Below, piece after piece: positions 35,001 through 48,600 of a DNA stretch of 64,000 nt. Positions within the stretch are counted from its first letter, which is position 1. Every line of letters starts with the position of its first letter. The DNA is from Thalia democratica (lineage: Eukaryota). The DNA is taken from the NCBI GenBank assembly GCA_965202585.1, contig OZ241830.1, forward strand, positions 67,518,001 through 67,582,000, given 5' to 3'. A model generated the notes under the pieces. That model saw nothing but the letters and a program-made list of their open reading frames with translations. It did not search any database and had not been told where the DNA came from. The position numbers were made by a program, and so were the translations under genes.

Positions 35001-37695
35001 AATGTTTGTGTTTAATACTGATTTTTAAAAAGTTTTCTTCTTGACTGAAATTTTCCGTATAATTGAGCGTCCGGATAAGTGAATAAGCATTGTACAACTA
35101 AACTATTTTTCAATTAAAAAATTACACTCATATTTCAAACTCGCTTACAAGTGTCAAAAGCAAAACTAAAAGAGTTTCAAATACACTAGCGTTCTAAAAC
35201 ATACCTGTGAAACAGTATCAAAACAAACCTTGTAAAAGTCGATCCACTGCCTCTGCTTGAAGACCTGCCAGTCGGCTTTCAGGTACAATTCCTCGTCAAT
35301 CCTCTGCTTGCCCGCCCTCTTGCAAGTCACTTTGATCTCGCCTGCGAACGGGTTGGTTGTTTTCCTACTTCGCTTCACTATTGACAGCTGAAAAATTTGA
35401 ACGTTGAACCAGTTAATTTGTATTTATTTTAAAAGTTATTAAGTGCCCAGACAGTATGAGAAAATTAAAGTTTGATAATTCGGTAAAGACCTTGTAAATA
35501 ATATATTTTTGTTTACACAAAGTAAAGTGAGAAATGAAGAATCAGCATGATATTTAGAAGATAAAATAAGTAATTTTTTTAAGAAAAATTTAACAGATAA
35601 AAAATAAAAGTTGCATTCAATATGGTCGTCAAAGGTTTTTCTGACAAAATTTTCTAGGTTTTCTAAACTTATTCCAGATATTTTAAATAACAATATTTTG
35701 GTTTCTTTTGGTTTGAAAGTAAATTTAAGGTAAACAACTGACTTAGAATGTATAACAACATTGAAAAGACACTGTAAATCTACTTAAAATATGTTAAAAA
35801 AGCACTTTATTATTATTTTCTTTTACTATATGATAGATTTTTGAAATATAATCGAAATTTAATTTCTTTGCATGTTAAGTTTCTTTAAAATTCCAGATTT
35901 TTTAATGATTTTTGTTCAAAATTCCAGATTTTCCAGGCTTTTCCCAGATTTCTCAAACTCCAGGTTTTTTTTTACAAAATTGTCAAATGTCAGGTTTTTT
36001 AACAACTCTGATACGAAAATAACCAAACAAAGTACTTTTATATTTATTGGAAAACAAGAAAACTGTCTGTACTAAGCAGAAAAAGTGCTAACTGAAATTA
36101 ACCTCAGTTTTGAAAGTACTTTTCAGTCTGTTGGCGAGCATAATCAATACAACATCCGCTGCAGCTGCTAGCTTCTTTCTGTGATTAATCATGTTTATTA
36201 GCATTAAGGGTATAAGTTAGTTAAGAATTAATAAACATTTTTTTTACTTCCAGTAACTTTAAAAAAAAATAGTCTATCAGTTGGTATTAGTGATCTATCG
36301 TATCCTAATTTTGTGAATTGGTTTAAGCACTTATAATTGAGCAAAATATTTCTTTAATTTAAAATTTGCTTTAAAGCAGTGTTTCTAATAATATATGTAT
36401 TAAAACTCTAGGTTTTCATAATTGGTTATAAAACTTCGGTGCAATTTTTATTATCAAGAAAAACATTCTACAAAAAAAAACATTTTTGAAAACATTTTAA
36501 CTTAATAATTTAACCACAATAAAATAATCTACTGTAAAAAGTATTAATAATACAATTACAAAACAACTAATGTTCGGTTTTTTTCTATAGTTTCTACACA
36601 TTAAGCGTTTCATCAGAACAGTAACAGAGTTAAAATAAACCTTTTTTAAAGAATCAAAAAATTTCACATTATAACGTTTCAAATAAATTTAAATAACTTC
36701 AGTTGGCTAATGCATTAGCCAACTAAAACTATTCCAATTTATTTGAAACGTCGTAATGTGTATTTTTTTGATCCTTAAAAAAATATGCTAACTTTGTTAT
36801 TGTTCTGATGAAACTACAGTAAACAAACCGAACATTAGTTTTTTTTTTATTATTAATATTAATCTCTGCTTTCGTATCAAAAGATTTGGCTTTTATCGAA
36901 TAAAAAAACAGCTCCAAATACTGTTTTAAGTACATAAGTAATCTTCTTAAAATTATCTTTTCCTCATCTAGATTTTATTATACATATTTATTAATAATTT
37001 TTAACTTTGCTAAAGCTAAACAGAACGTAAGGAAAAAATCAGACTTCAAATTAGGGTTTCATTATAAAAAAATACTATTTAATTTTAGCTAACGATTCTT
37101 AAATTCTATTTAAGCTGATAAAAGTGTTCTGGTAACTCGAAACGGCACAGCTTGACTTCTTAAACATAAAAACAAACGCGCTAACTTAACATTCAACAAA
37201 TAACAAACTTTTTATTGGGATGCTGGCCCCACTTTTTGAAAACTTTGAACCTGCAATTCAGCAGCCTCATCTGGTCTTTCGGTGAAATTTCATTTTCATT
37301 CTCCTCTTTCTCAGCTCCATCTAGTGTCTAAAGTATTATCAAAAAATTAGACACTTCACAAAATCTCAAAAAGTTTCAAACAAAAGCAGACTAATTAAAC
37401 AACCAAAACACCTCGATGGCGACGCGGTATTCCCCGGTGTCGAGCAAGATGGCGGCCAGCTCCAGCCTGATGTCGACCGAGTCCTCCGCCGATATCTGCA
37501 GGCACTTGAAAAAATTCTCCTTGGCGCTCTTGTAGTCGTTGAGCTTCAGCAGCAACATGCCCTTCAACTTGAACAGCTCTTTGCTGGTGGAAAAGTGCGC
37601 GAAGTGGTGGACTTCCAATTCCTCGATCAACCGCAACGATTCGACGTACTGGCCCGCTTCGAAGCACGCCACGCAAACACTTATCTGCACGTCCG
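32073..37695 (-). CDS. GTF3C3: General transcription factor IIIC subunit 3 (TFIIIC102/Tfc4 TPR protein), spliced C-terminal half through the stop codon
   Basis: Hand-spliced GT-AG exons: 37695-37412 (DVQISVCVACFEAGQY...), 37327-37209, 36178-36120, 36071-~36007 (3' boundary uncertain), 35387-35205, 34457-34276, 33974-33833 (VWNIFNQV), 33422-33315, 32888-32760 and 32324-32073 (QESLYNIGRALHQIGLNHFAVHIYEDAL...DLRHEIAFNLSLMYRQSGN). These are collinear with the remembered human GTF3C3 C-terminal half (LWNIFNQV; QESFYNLGRGLHQLGL; DLRRDIAYNLSLIYQSSGN). Confidence 0.93.
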
Positions 37696-38978
37696 CTGTT
37701 TGTCAGGAACTTGTTAAGCAGGGTTGCCAAAGGATTTTGGCAAGTTTTCTCCAGGTTTTCAAAATTTCTTCCAGGTTTCTAAAATTAGACGTTTTACGGT
37801 CTATTTTCAGTTTTTAAATTAAGTTTAAGGTAAAAAACTGTGCCTAATAGTATAACAACATTGAAAAGATTTCTAAAAGCTTCTATAAATTTGTTTTTTT
37901 ATTAAAAAAAATTTGAAGATGACAAAAATGTTTATTTATAAGATAGATTATTTATTTGCAATTAAAACTTTACTACTTGACATTTAAAAGTTGTTTAAAA
38001 TACCATACTTTTCAGGTATTTTTAGTGATTTTTACTCAAAATACCAGGTTTTTTTTCAAAATTACTCTAATTCAGGATTTTTCTTTTTTTTTTACCTTGA
38101 ATTTTCAAATTACAAATTTTTCCTGGATTCGAGGTTTTTTGGTAACCTTAAAAAAGACATAACTTAACCCTCATATCTTTTAGTATATTAGTTTACAATA
38201 AAATTAAAAAATCTTAACTTTGCAGGTATTTTTTTACCTTTATATATATAATTATGTATACAATATTAACAACTAGTTTTTTTTTTTGCTTAATTTTAAA
38301 TAGCACTATTTTTAATTTCAAATAGGCCACATAAAAAATTCAAAGTAAATTTTGAGATAAAAGCCAGCGAAGTTGGTGAGCTCAGTAAGTTCCTTAAAGA
38401 AAGAGCAAACAAATAACGCAAAAAAAAAGATTATTTCACTAAAAACCTATCTTCTCCCTAAAATACATTCTATTTTACAGAAAGTCCATTATCAATATTT
38501 AAATATTTTTTAAATACAAAAATATTTTCATTAAAAAAAAAATATTTATAATATTTTAAAAATTTCAACATTCAAAGTCTTAAAACTATATTAGGAACTA
38601 TTCCTAAAAAATTTTGAGTCTTAAATTTTACAAATGAAATAAAAAAAGATAGATATTTTGTGATTTTAAAAATTCTGAGAAAATTGACAATGAAAAATTT
38701 GTAACTTTTTACAAAAAATAAAACATCTCAAAATTCTATAATTTTTTACAAAAAATAAAACATCTCAAAATTAAAATAAATTTTTATAATATCAAACAGT
38801 GGACTCATCACATGAAAAAGTAAAAATTAAGTTTTTGGAATTTTTCTTTGAAAATTTGTAGGTAGAAAGTCAAGGTTCTAAACTAAACTGTAAAAAGAAC
38901 TATATATATATAACAACATTATTAATATTTTTTTAACATCTCTATCTACTTTAAGGTTTTTTTTCGCTAATAAGTTAA

Positions 38979-39663
38979 GGGCATAGGGGTGTCCGACATT
39001 TTTTTTTTACAAAAATAACATTGGACCTTATATGAAAGCTTAAAGTACAAACAACAAGCCAGTTTTTATAGAATTAAAAAAAATTATTTAACTTTTGAGA
39101 TATTCTAATTTTCATAAAAAGTTTCCAATACAAATGAAAAATTGAAAGTTTTTCTAAGTCAATTTTCTTGGAAATTTAAAACATCACTAAAAACGTATCT
39201 TCTCCTTCATTTTTTGCGATAGAGACCTTAAATTTTCAGGAAACGTTCCTTTTGTAGTTTAAAAAAATTGAAAGTTGGAGTTTTTAAATATTAAAAAAAT
39301 AACTTTAGATAAGAATAAAACAAAAAAAAATAGGTGGTTTTTTTTTTAATAAAAATTTTATTTTTCAAAATTAAAAAAACTTCAATCTTTTTAAAATTTA
39401 ATAATACACTTTTTTAGAAAATTTGAAGAACATTGCTTTAAAAATGAAGGAGGAGATAGATTTTAAGTGAAATGGTCTTTTTTTGTGTTTTTAGTTTGGG
39501 CCTTTCATTAGAAACCTATTGATGTCACTGACTTTGACTGCTCATGTTTTTAAAAATACTATGAATTTTTTCAAACTGTTAAATTAAAAATGTCTGATAG
39601 CTCGGATAAAACTCTATAAAATAAGATCAACTTGTAAAAATCAAGGAGGACCCCCCTATGCCC
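38979..39663. mobile_element. TTAA-flanked MITE (copy B)
   Basis: Same TIRs and TSD as 5400-6084. Confidence 0.8.
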
Positions 39664-42600
39664 TTAAGCTTATTGTGTAAGTTAAGAATATTTCATATTC
39701 TTGTAATAATTCATAAAACTTCGAAAAGTTGAAAAACAATAGTATCAAGTAGGGATGGGAAATGTATGACCTGTAGACCAAATCTGTTAGCAAACAGAAA
39801 TATGTGGCTGTGAAGTATTTTTAGCTTTGCAGAAAACAAATAAAATTAAGCTCTTACTAACAATAACTATACAATTTTCTTTTAATTTATTTTTAGTACA
39901 CAGTTGTTTTTAATGAACCAGTAATTTAAACAATTAGTTTCAAACATTTTTTTTTCTTTGTGGTTGTAAAAATATTCAAAACTACATAGCCCACTAAAAC
40001 TGCTTTTTAAAAAGTCTAGCCAAAGAGAGAATTTTTTAAGTAAATTTGTTCTAATAACTAAAAAAGTTTTCCACCCTTATTACAACAGTACAAAACTTTC
40101 TTAGACAAAAATGTAGTATTTGTGCAAACCAACTATGATACATAAAAACAATGATAATATTTATTTGACAAAACAAAACCAACTTGTTTTCATAGGAAGT
40201 AGAACACATCTGGTTGTATTCTTGCTGCTCAGCATAAGTGTATGTGGAGCTGACAGGCTTCAATTCCAGGCTGACTTCTGTTGAGTGTGGCTCCTCTGCT
40301 TGTGAAACATCCATTTGTTCTTCACCTTCTTATTGATATTAAATTTATTAGATAAGTTTACTAACTATTCTTAAATTGCATTAGTAAAACATTTACTTTA
40401 TACATTAGTATTTGTGTATATTGTTTTATTAAAACAACAATGATCAAATATAAAAAAATGTTTTTTCTAAATATTTAAACTGTAGTAGAGAATTTCTGTA
40501 CAGTATTTTTCTCTGAATACTGACCACCAAAACTGTCAAATTTTGTTATTAAAACCAAGTGCATGCAGTTTTTGAAACAATAGTTCTAAGTGTACCTCTA
40601 ATATATAAATACTTTAAATTATCAAAAATGTGTATTTGCTTTATTAAGAAGAATCTAAAAAATAATTGCAAACAAAAGGTATGCCGGCCAAAAAATTAGT
40701 TACCCCAAAATCACATATTTTTCATCTTAAACAGTAATAAAATCACTTATACATGTCCTAGACTTATACTTATTGATTTGGTCTTAAGACGTTTTTGAGA
40801 CTTCTTTTCATGTAATATGACATCATAATCACCCTAAATACACAAACTTTGTCTGTAAAATAATGATTTTTGGAATATTGAAAAGCATAGCTGGTCAGTG
40901 ATTTTAATAAGAAAAAATAATGTAAAACAAAAATTTCAGGTTATTTACTTACCTTTAAAAGTTTAGGTGATGTGGTGTGCATGTCAACGGGATATTTGAT
41001 GTTGTAGTTCATTTAGCTTTAAGTGTTTAAAAAACCCTTGAATATTTATTTAATTAGCACACAACAAATTAATGAGATATTAAAAAGTTATGATTTATTA
41101 TAGGCAAGATAATGTTGTATAGCATTGAACATTAAATTAATGATTGCAAAGTAAAGACTTTACAAATAAATAACATTGCAAAATAAAACAAAAATTGTAT
41201 CATTTAGCATTAACACTTAACATTGTTGCAAATGACTGATACTTTTAGAAGTTTTTGCATAAAAATCTGTGTACACACAAGTTATAGTTGTGTGAGTGAG
41301 AATCTATTATAAAAAGAATTAAATTTTTTAGTATACTTGAACTTTGTTTCAAAAATACTCTACAGAGTTTTGTTTGTCTTGTAACATATGGACTTTGTGG
41401 CAATATAAAAGTAGTTATTTTTCAAACTCATTCATGAATATTTTGATAAGTGTGTCTTTATTTAGCATTCACTCACTATGCACAAAATGGTTTTTTTTAT
41501 TTTCTACCTGCTTCAAAAAGTTGTTATACCAATGACTACAAAAACTGTATAGTTTTGGCAAATATGGCAAAACGATTCAAATTAAATAATAACTAAAATG
41601 ATTTTGCAAAAGTTAAATTTAATGCTATTACCTGATGAGATAAAGGTAAATAAAATAAATCTTGTACAAATTGTTAAGTAATAAACATATTTAAAACAAA
41701 AAGAAAACAATTTCGTAAAATTAAGAGTTGAACGCTTATTTTATATGTCTTTATAAAGTTGTCAATGTAATTTATATGAGCTTAATGAATTACTGTAGCT
41801 TAAATATTAAACAATATGTTAAACCAGTTATCGCCAATGTAGTAAAAAAGGTAGAAACTACGAAAAACTTTAAAAAGAATGAATAATAAGAATGAAATTA
41901 AAACAGTTTATTTTTTACAAAAAAAAAAAGTTTAAGGTTTAACATTATGTAAAATAAAAAGCATTTTATGTTCGAAAAAGCTAAAAACAACCCTGCCATG
42001 CTAAGATAGTGTTTCAATTTGTAGTTTTTATGAATTCTCTAAAGTCTTACATTTTAATGTGACATCACAATAAAATAGTACTTTGCAAAATATTTTTTTC
42101 AATGAATATTCTTTTGAGAAAAGCACTTGTAGTAAAAACACCTTAGATGCTGTAGGTGTAAAGTAACTCTTTTTTTTTTCTTTTTTATACTGTTTATGTG
42201 AGCTTTGTACAATACTTAAGCAAACTCTATTTGATTGTCAATATTTTTGAAGATAAAACTTGATGATTGTTGCTCATTTTATCTTCTAAAACTCTTATAT
42301 TTCTACATTGTGTGAGTAAGTTTAAGAACGCATTTGACCTAGTTTGGCATTCAACAGTCTTGAAAGTTTATGTTGATAATTTATATTGTTTTTCTCATGC
42401 AATACCTTTGAAGAAATTCTTTATTTAATCTTCTAGTTCATCACAGAATCATATATCTTTAATAATAAAAAGTGTGATAAGTTTTTATACTTACAAGTAT
42501 GGCATGTACAGACAAGATCAATTGGCTTGAATGCACTTACTTGATGCAAAAAATCATCAAGAGGCTTTAAAAACTTGCATATCAGTCTTTAAAATCTTTG

Positions 42601-45600
42601 AAACATCATTATAAAGTGAAATAAGTAGAGAAAAATTCAAAATAATAGTTTGGCAACCAACAGTCTTGAAATTTATGTTGATAATCTATATTATTTTTCT
42701 CATGCAAAACCTTTGAAAAAATCTTTATTTTATCTTTTAATTCATCACAGAATGCATATATCTTTATTCATAAAAATTGTGACAAGTGTTTATACTACAA
42801 GCATGACATGTTCAGACAAGATCAATTGGTTTGAATGCACTTACATGATGCATTTAAAAAAAATCATCAAGAGGCTTCAAAAACTTGCATCTCAGTCTTT
42901 GAAATCTTTGAAACATCATTGTAAAGTGAACTGAGCAGAGAAATTCAAAAGAATTCTTATGAAAAATCTTTTGAACCTCTGTAAAATTTTTAATCTTCTA
43001 GCTTTTTTCAAAGGTCTTTATAAGTTGTAACTTTGGCTTTCTCCTACATCTTAAGATTAGGCAATGGATCACACTTTTTGGAATCTGATTAAAGATGAGT
43101 ACCTACTACAGCAGCTGTTGAGGTTAGTTTGTTTTATAGTTAATTAGATTGTTTTAATTTGTGCAAAACTTAGTATTTTTGCTAGGGTTACCAGTTATAG
43201 TAGTTGAATAATCAGTAACAAAGTCAAGGTTTTTTGGATATTTACAATAAATCTTGATATTCTGTCTTAAAGTTTTAGATTTTCTATTTATCAATTGTTG
43301 AGTCCTTTTAATACTATTAAATTTTTTGAGTTCTCATGCTTGAATAACATTAAGCTTTAGATGTTAATTAAGTTTTGCACAAATTCATATTAGCTATTCA
43401 TAGAGTTGTATCCTTGGTTTATAAACATATATTTGTTTTGTTGGGCTTCATTCTCCTAACATTACTAGGCTATCTTAAATTAAGAGAAAACTTAAAAAAG
43501 AATAAATAAAATCACTTAAAAGTAGCAACATTTGTGCTAAACTTTATATGCTTGTATGAAGAAGTTTTTTGTTCATGAATGAAGCCCAAAGAGACAGCAA
43601 GCTAATCTAAGTGTAGAAGTTTATTTACAACATAAAAATTAAGTTGTTTAGTTCTGATTGTATTAATGTAGTTTATACATTTATAAATTAATGATTTGTA
43701 ATAAGAGTTACTTAAAGTGTGCATAAAAGATAAGTAGGAAGAGTAGTTATAAAACAAAAATGTCATTAGTTTCAAAGCTGTTTTAATTGTTATAAAGCTT
43801 TATTTATTCATTTTTTTTACAAAAGAAAACAGTTAAACCATATCAGGATTAGGTTTGCTAAAAAACAAAATGTTCCAAAGTTTTAAGTTTACACTCATAT
43901 ATTTACAAAGCAATTCACAGCAAGCAAAATTTAAAATTTGTTAGTGTAAATTTGTATGAGGTTTATTCTCACTTTTTTTTAATTTTTCTCTTCTTCTATC
44001 ACTAACTTCTTTCTGTTCTTTTATCTATCAATAATTTCTTTTGTTCATATGTTTGCACTAATAAGCATTTATCAACAACTTGCTGTATTGTTTTTTATGT
44101 ATATGACAAATGTAAAGACTCAATTTTGGTAATAGTATAAATATACAGCCATAAAGATTTCAAATGATGCAAGTATTTGACAAACTTTGAAATGAACTAC
44201 AGGCTAATAAACATATGTTATTGACACAAAGTAGTATGGTTTAACTGTTTTAGTTTGTAACAATGTATTGAAATGATAAGTTCAAAGCATCAAACACCTT
44301 TAATTTGTATGCACATTTTAAGAAACACACAAAAAGTTGTCTGAGATCAGTGATTAAACAAAGCAATTAAGTAAGCATTCAAAGTCTATTAGTGAATATA
44401 TAAAGTAAATTAAAGTATACTAGTTAGTAAGTAGTGATGGTAGTAACAGCGCAAACCTTTGTAATTATTAGATTGCTAAATAATTACTTTACAATGAGAC
44501 CAATTTAACTATCATGGATAAACTTTAGCTTAATAAGTTACATGACAAGTAAAGTGATATCCTATAGTAGGAACAGTATAAAACTGAAGTTAACAAGAAC
44601 ATAAACTATTTTTTACAATTTTAAAGTTTTATTTGACAAAAATATAGTTACTACTTGAATCAAAGTAATTTTAACTGTTTAGATGAATCTCAAGTGGTTT
44701 TTTATTTTTGATTAATTTAAGTTTTATACTGTTTTTAAAAGGTTATCTAAGTAAAATAAATTTACATAAGCAAGTTAACTGACTATTGTTTAAATGTATA
44801 CATAGAATACAGTTCAATCATATAAATAGATTTGTCAATGTACACATTTAAAAGGTCTGTAGTTTTTTTCTTTTTTTATTTGCTTTATTTTCTGTAATTA
44901 AAAAGTACACCTATCTATGAGGTTGATGAACTGTTTTCCATGTATATGTAAAACATTAGGTACTTAACCAGGATGATGTAGTATCTGTATTCATTTGTTT
45001 TTGGGTTTTAACCCTAACTTAAACATGTAGTTTTAACAAAATAAAGGCATCTATAAGGTACGCATTCTAAGTATTACGCACTAGTTTTTTAATAACACTT
45101 TCTCTGTTATAAGTAAAGATTTTCTTTAAGTACTACGCACCCGCATAAGGTACGCACTAAATTTTCAATAACACATTATTTGCATTAATTAAATAGGTTT
45201 TCTAAAATAATGTACGCACCCGCTAAAAGTACGCACTAAATTTTTAATAACACATTATTTGCATTAATTAAATAGGTTTTCTAAAATAATGTACGCACCC
45301 GCTAAAAGTACGCACTAAATTTTTAATAACACATTATTTGCATTAATTAAATAGGTTTTCTAAAATAAGGTACGCACTAAATTTTTCAGGCCCCCACCCA
45401 TATTTTCAAAAATGGGGATTTCCCCAAACCGAAAATGTGATGAGATTTTTTGATGGAGATTATTTAAATTTATTTTTTAAGGCATTTCGCCGGCGAAAAA
45501 TTTTTCATCTTTTCCTTTTCTCTTTTTCTTTACGGCCTTTTTTCTTGAAGGCCCTCTTTTTCTGTCAAATAGACCGTGAGTAGCGTAACTGCCAAACGAA

Positions 45601-48600
45601 TATACGTTTATGCGTTGTATTTGTACGGTCTTTATCTGTTATCTTTTACTAACCTTGAGCTTATGTGATCTAATTCATTGATGTGAAACCATTAAAGGCC
45701 TGACGGTAATATCAGTTATAGTTTTTCAATTATGACTGAGTGGTTTTATGTTTATGAGTTTGAAAGTTAAGTTTAAGGTAGCGGACAAGACTAAGGGCAG
45801 GCCGGAGAGATGACAGGTGCGAAGCACCGTGTCATCGACCGGCCGTAGCCCTTTGTTTTTTTTTAATTCTTGTCCTTTAGGCCCGGTTACTCTGCTGGTC
45901 GGCACCACCTTTAGTTATGACTTTGATGTACGAGTAAGTGTGCTAGTACTTCTAAGTCATAACTAAACTTTAACTTAACTAGAAGTTATAAGATATCACA
46001 GACTAATTTCACTCTCCAGTGTATGAAAAATAGAAATCTTTGCAATCATTGTATGTAGGAGATTTATGTAATTTAGATAGAAACAGTGCTCTAAAGTTTT
46101 ACATTTCCCATTTACGTCTTAGTTTGTATAAATAAGTTTGGGTCATCATTTAAACTAGACACCAACAAATTACTGTTTTTGTCCACAATCTTCTATTAAT
46201 TTTGTGATATTTTCAACGTTTACTTACACACAATTATTACGTCATAACCCGGTAGTTTCATACAGTATAAACTTAGTAATTTTTAATAACACTATAATAT
46301 ATGCATACTATGTATTGGATTGTAGATTATTAAGTTTTGTTTTAAATTGCTCTATATTTTTAAGCTAAGTAAAGCTTATACATTAATTAATACAGACATA
46401 AAAAATATTGCATAAAGTGTATCAAATTAAACTAATAGATTTAAATATTAATGGCAATCAACTCTCAATTTTTTTTTTATTGCTGCGTTTAACTATATAC
46501 ATAATGGCAGTTACCAGCTCTGTACTTTTAATAAATTAGAACAAATACCGTTACGCCAACTAATTCTTCTTTTGAGGTAATTATCTTTAGTTATTTTTCA
46601 ACTAAAATTGTTTGAAATTATTTTTAAGTTATGGTTTAGATTGGAAAAAAATTGTTGGATTAGGTGTCAATTGTTTTATATTCGTGATTAAATATACCTT
46701 ATTCTAACAATATTGAAATTAGATCCAATTTTTCTTTTAGTTGGTAGTTCATTATTTTGTTCGTATTGTTGTAAAGTTAATTAAAAGTTTGTTTAAAAAA
46801 TGTTCTCTCTGGTTTCTCTAAAACTAAAAGCGTTTGTTTGTGAGTTTAAAACGTTGTTACATGTCTATTTTGTTGTTTCGTAACTTAATTCTACTTCTAG
46901 CCCACTACAGTCAATTATTATCAATCATCATCTTGTTGTGCTGGTTTGTATGATTATTTCAACTCTTTGTCTCAAACAATACTTATTTAATCTTCAAGTA
47001 ATGATTACAGTTAAAATATACTTCCTATTTAAAAGCTTTTTGAGTTATTAAGTTAGTTTCATGATCTATATCAATTTTATTTAGGTATGCAAGCGTTACA
47101 CGTGACTTTTTTAAACTGAGTGCATCTTAAACTAAAAATAGCTATTTTTTAAAAGCTTGAATATTATTATTATATTGTAAATATTCAATCCAGAAGCTAT
47201 TTTAGTTTTGAGGTCTTATTTTGTTACCTTTGAAAGTAATTTTTGTAGTGCCATTTAGGAATTAGATACACATTCAGTTTCTAATAATAATAATCATATA
47301 TATCATAATAATAAGCTCTAATCAAAATAACTATCAACTTTTAATATTTGATCTATAATTATCATCTTGTTCCGCTGTTTTATATGATTATTTCTAATGT
47401 TATGTTTTAAACTATTTACATTTAACTTTAAATGTTTAAGATTAAGCTGTTCATTTCAAGGTAACCTGCCAACTAGGTACGCACTATGACCAACCAGCAG
47501 TGCTTACCTAGGTCTTTAATTTCGGTCTTTAACTACCTACATTCAACCTAACACAAACATGTTTATTATGTTTGTACATTTAATAATATTTAAACAGTAC
47601 TCTTTATTTATTAAACTAATACTTGTTTCTGTGAAATGTTAAAAGAAAATAAAGAAGTAGTACTGGTTGAATTTATTTTTATTATATTTTCCAGTGAACT
47701 TGTTTCGATAGGATCTTTATTAGCAAACGATTAACTTTAAATTTTAAATAGTTTATACATTTAGAAATATTTTCTTGTTTCTATCAAGTAGTAATTGCAA
47801 CTCAAATAAACATTTCGATAAACCTAAAAACTGTTGATATTTTTAAATAGTGAAGACTTTTTGTCTATGTAAAATGAATGGTAAAATTTGTCTCTTAACT
47901 GTAGAAATGCCTTACTTCTGCCTTACATTCTTTATTATCTTTTTTTTCATATACTAGTTTAAATATAGGTCAACTTAATTCTTGTCATCAAAATTGTATT
48001 TTGAATTAAACTATGTCAAATTCTTTGGGAATTTTAATGTATTTAAATTCGGCCTTATAAAACCTGTTTAACTAATTTTATATTTATCTCTACAGTTAGG
48101 ACACTTCACTAAATTTCTCTGCTATACTCCTGCATGTAGATGTATACCGTAACTAACTCTTAACTAAAATAATTTATTGCTTTAAACAACAAGTCGTCTT
48201 TACATTAATACAACCTAACTATGTATCGACAAATAATATTTTTCATCTCGGTCTTTAAATGTAGATCATCAGTTTAGTTGTAGGTATAAAAATAAAACTT
48301 ATTGGTTCACATTTTGTTATTAGTATTTTGATTTGGTGCAGCATTATTTATCTGTATTTGATATAGCTGTATTTTATTACATTCCCTTAATATTTTTAAA
48401 ATGAACTAATCTTCGAACTACAGTAAATTATTATTAATTTCTTATTAATTATCATCTTGTTGTGTTGGTTAGTATGATTGTTTAAATCTTATGTCTAAAG
48501 TACATTTTAGATAATGTTTCATGTTCTTTTGCTTTAGATTGCTCTATACTGTATAGAAGGGGTCGACAAACTGCGGCCCTCAAAACCAAAATTTTTTTTA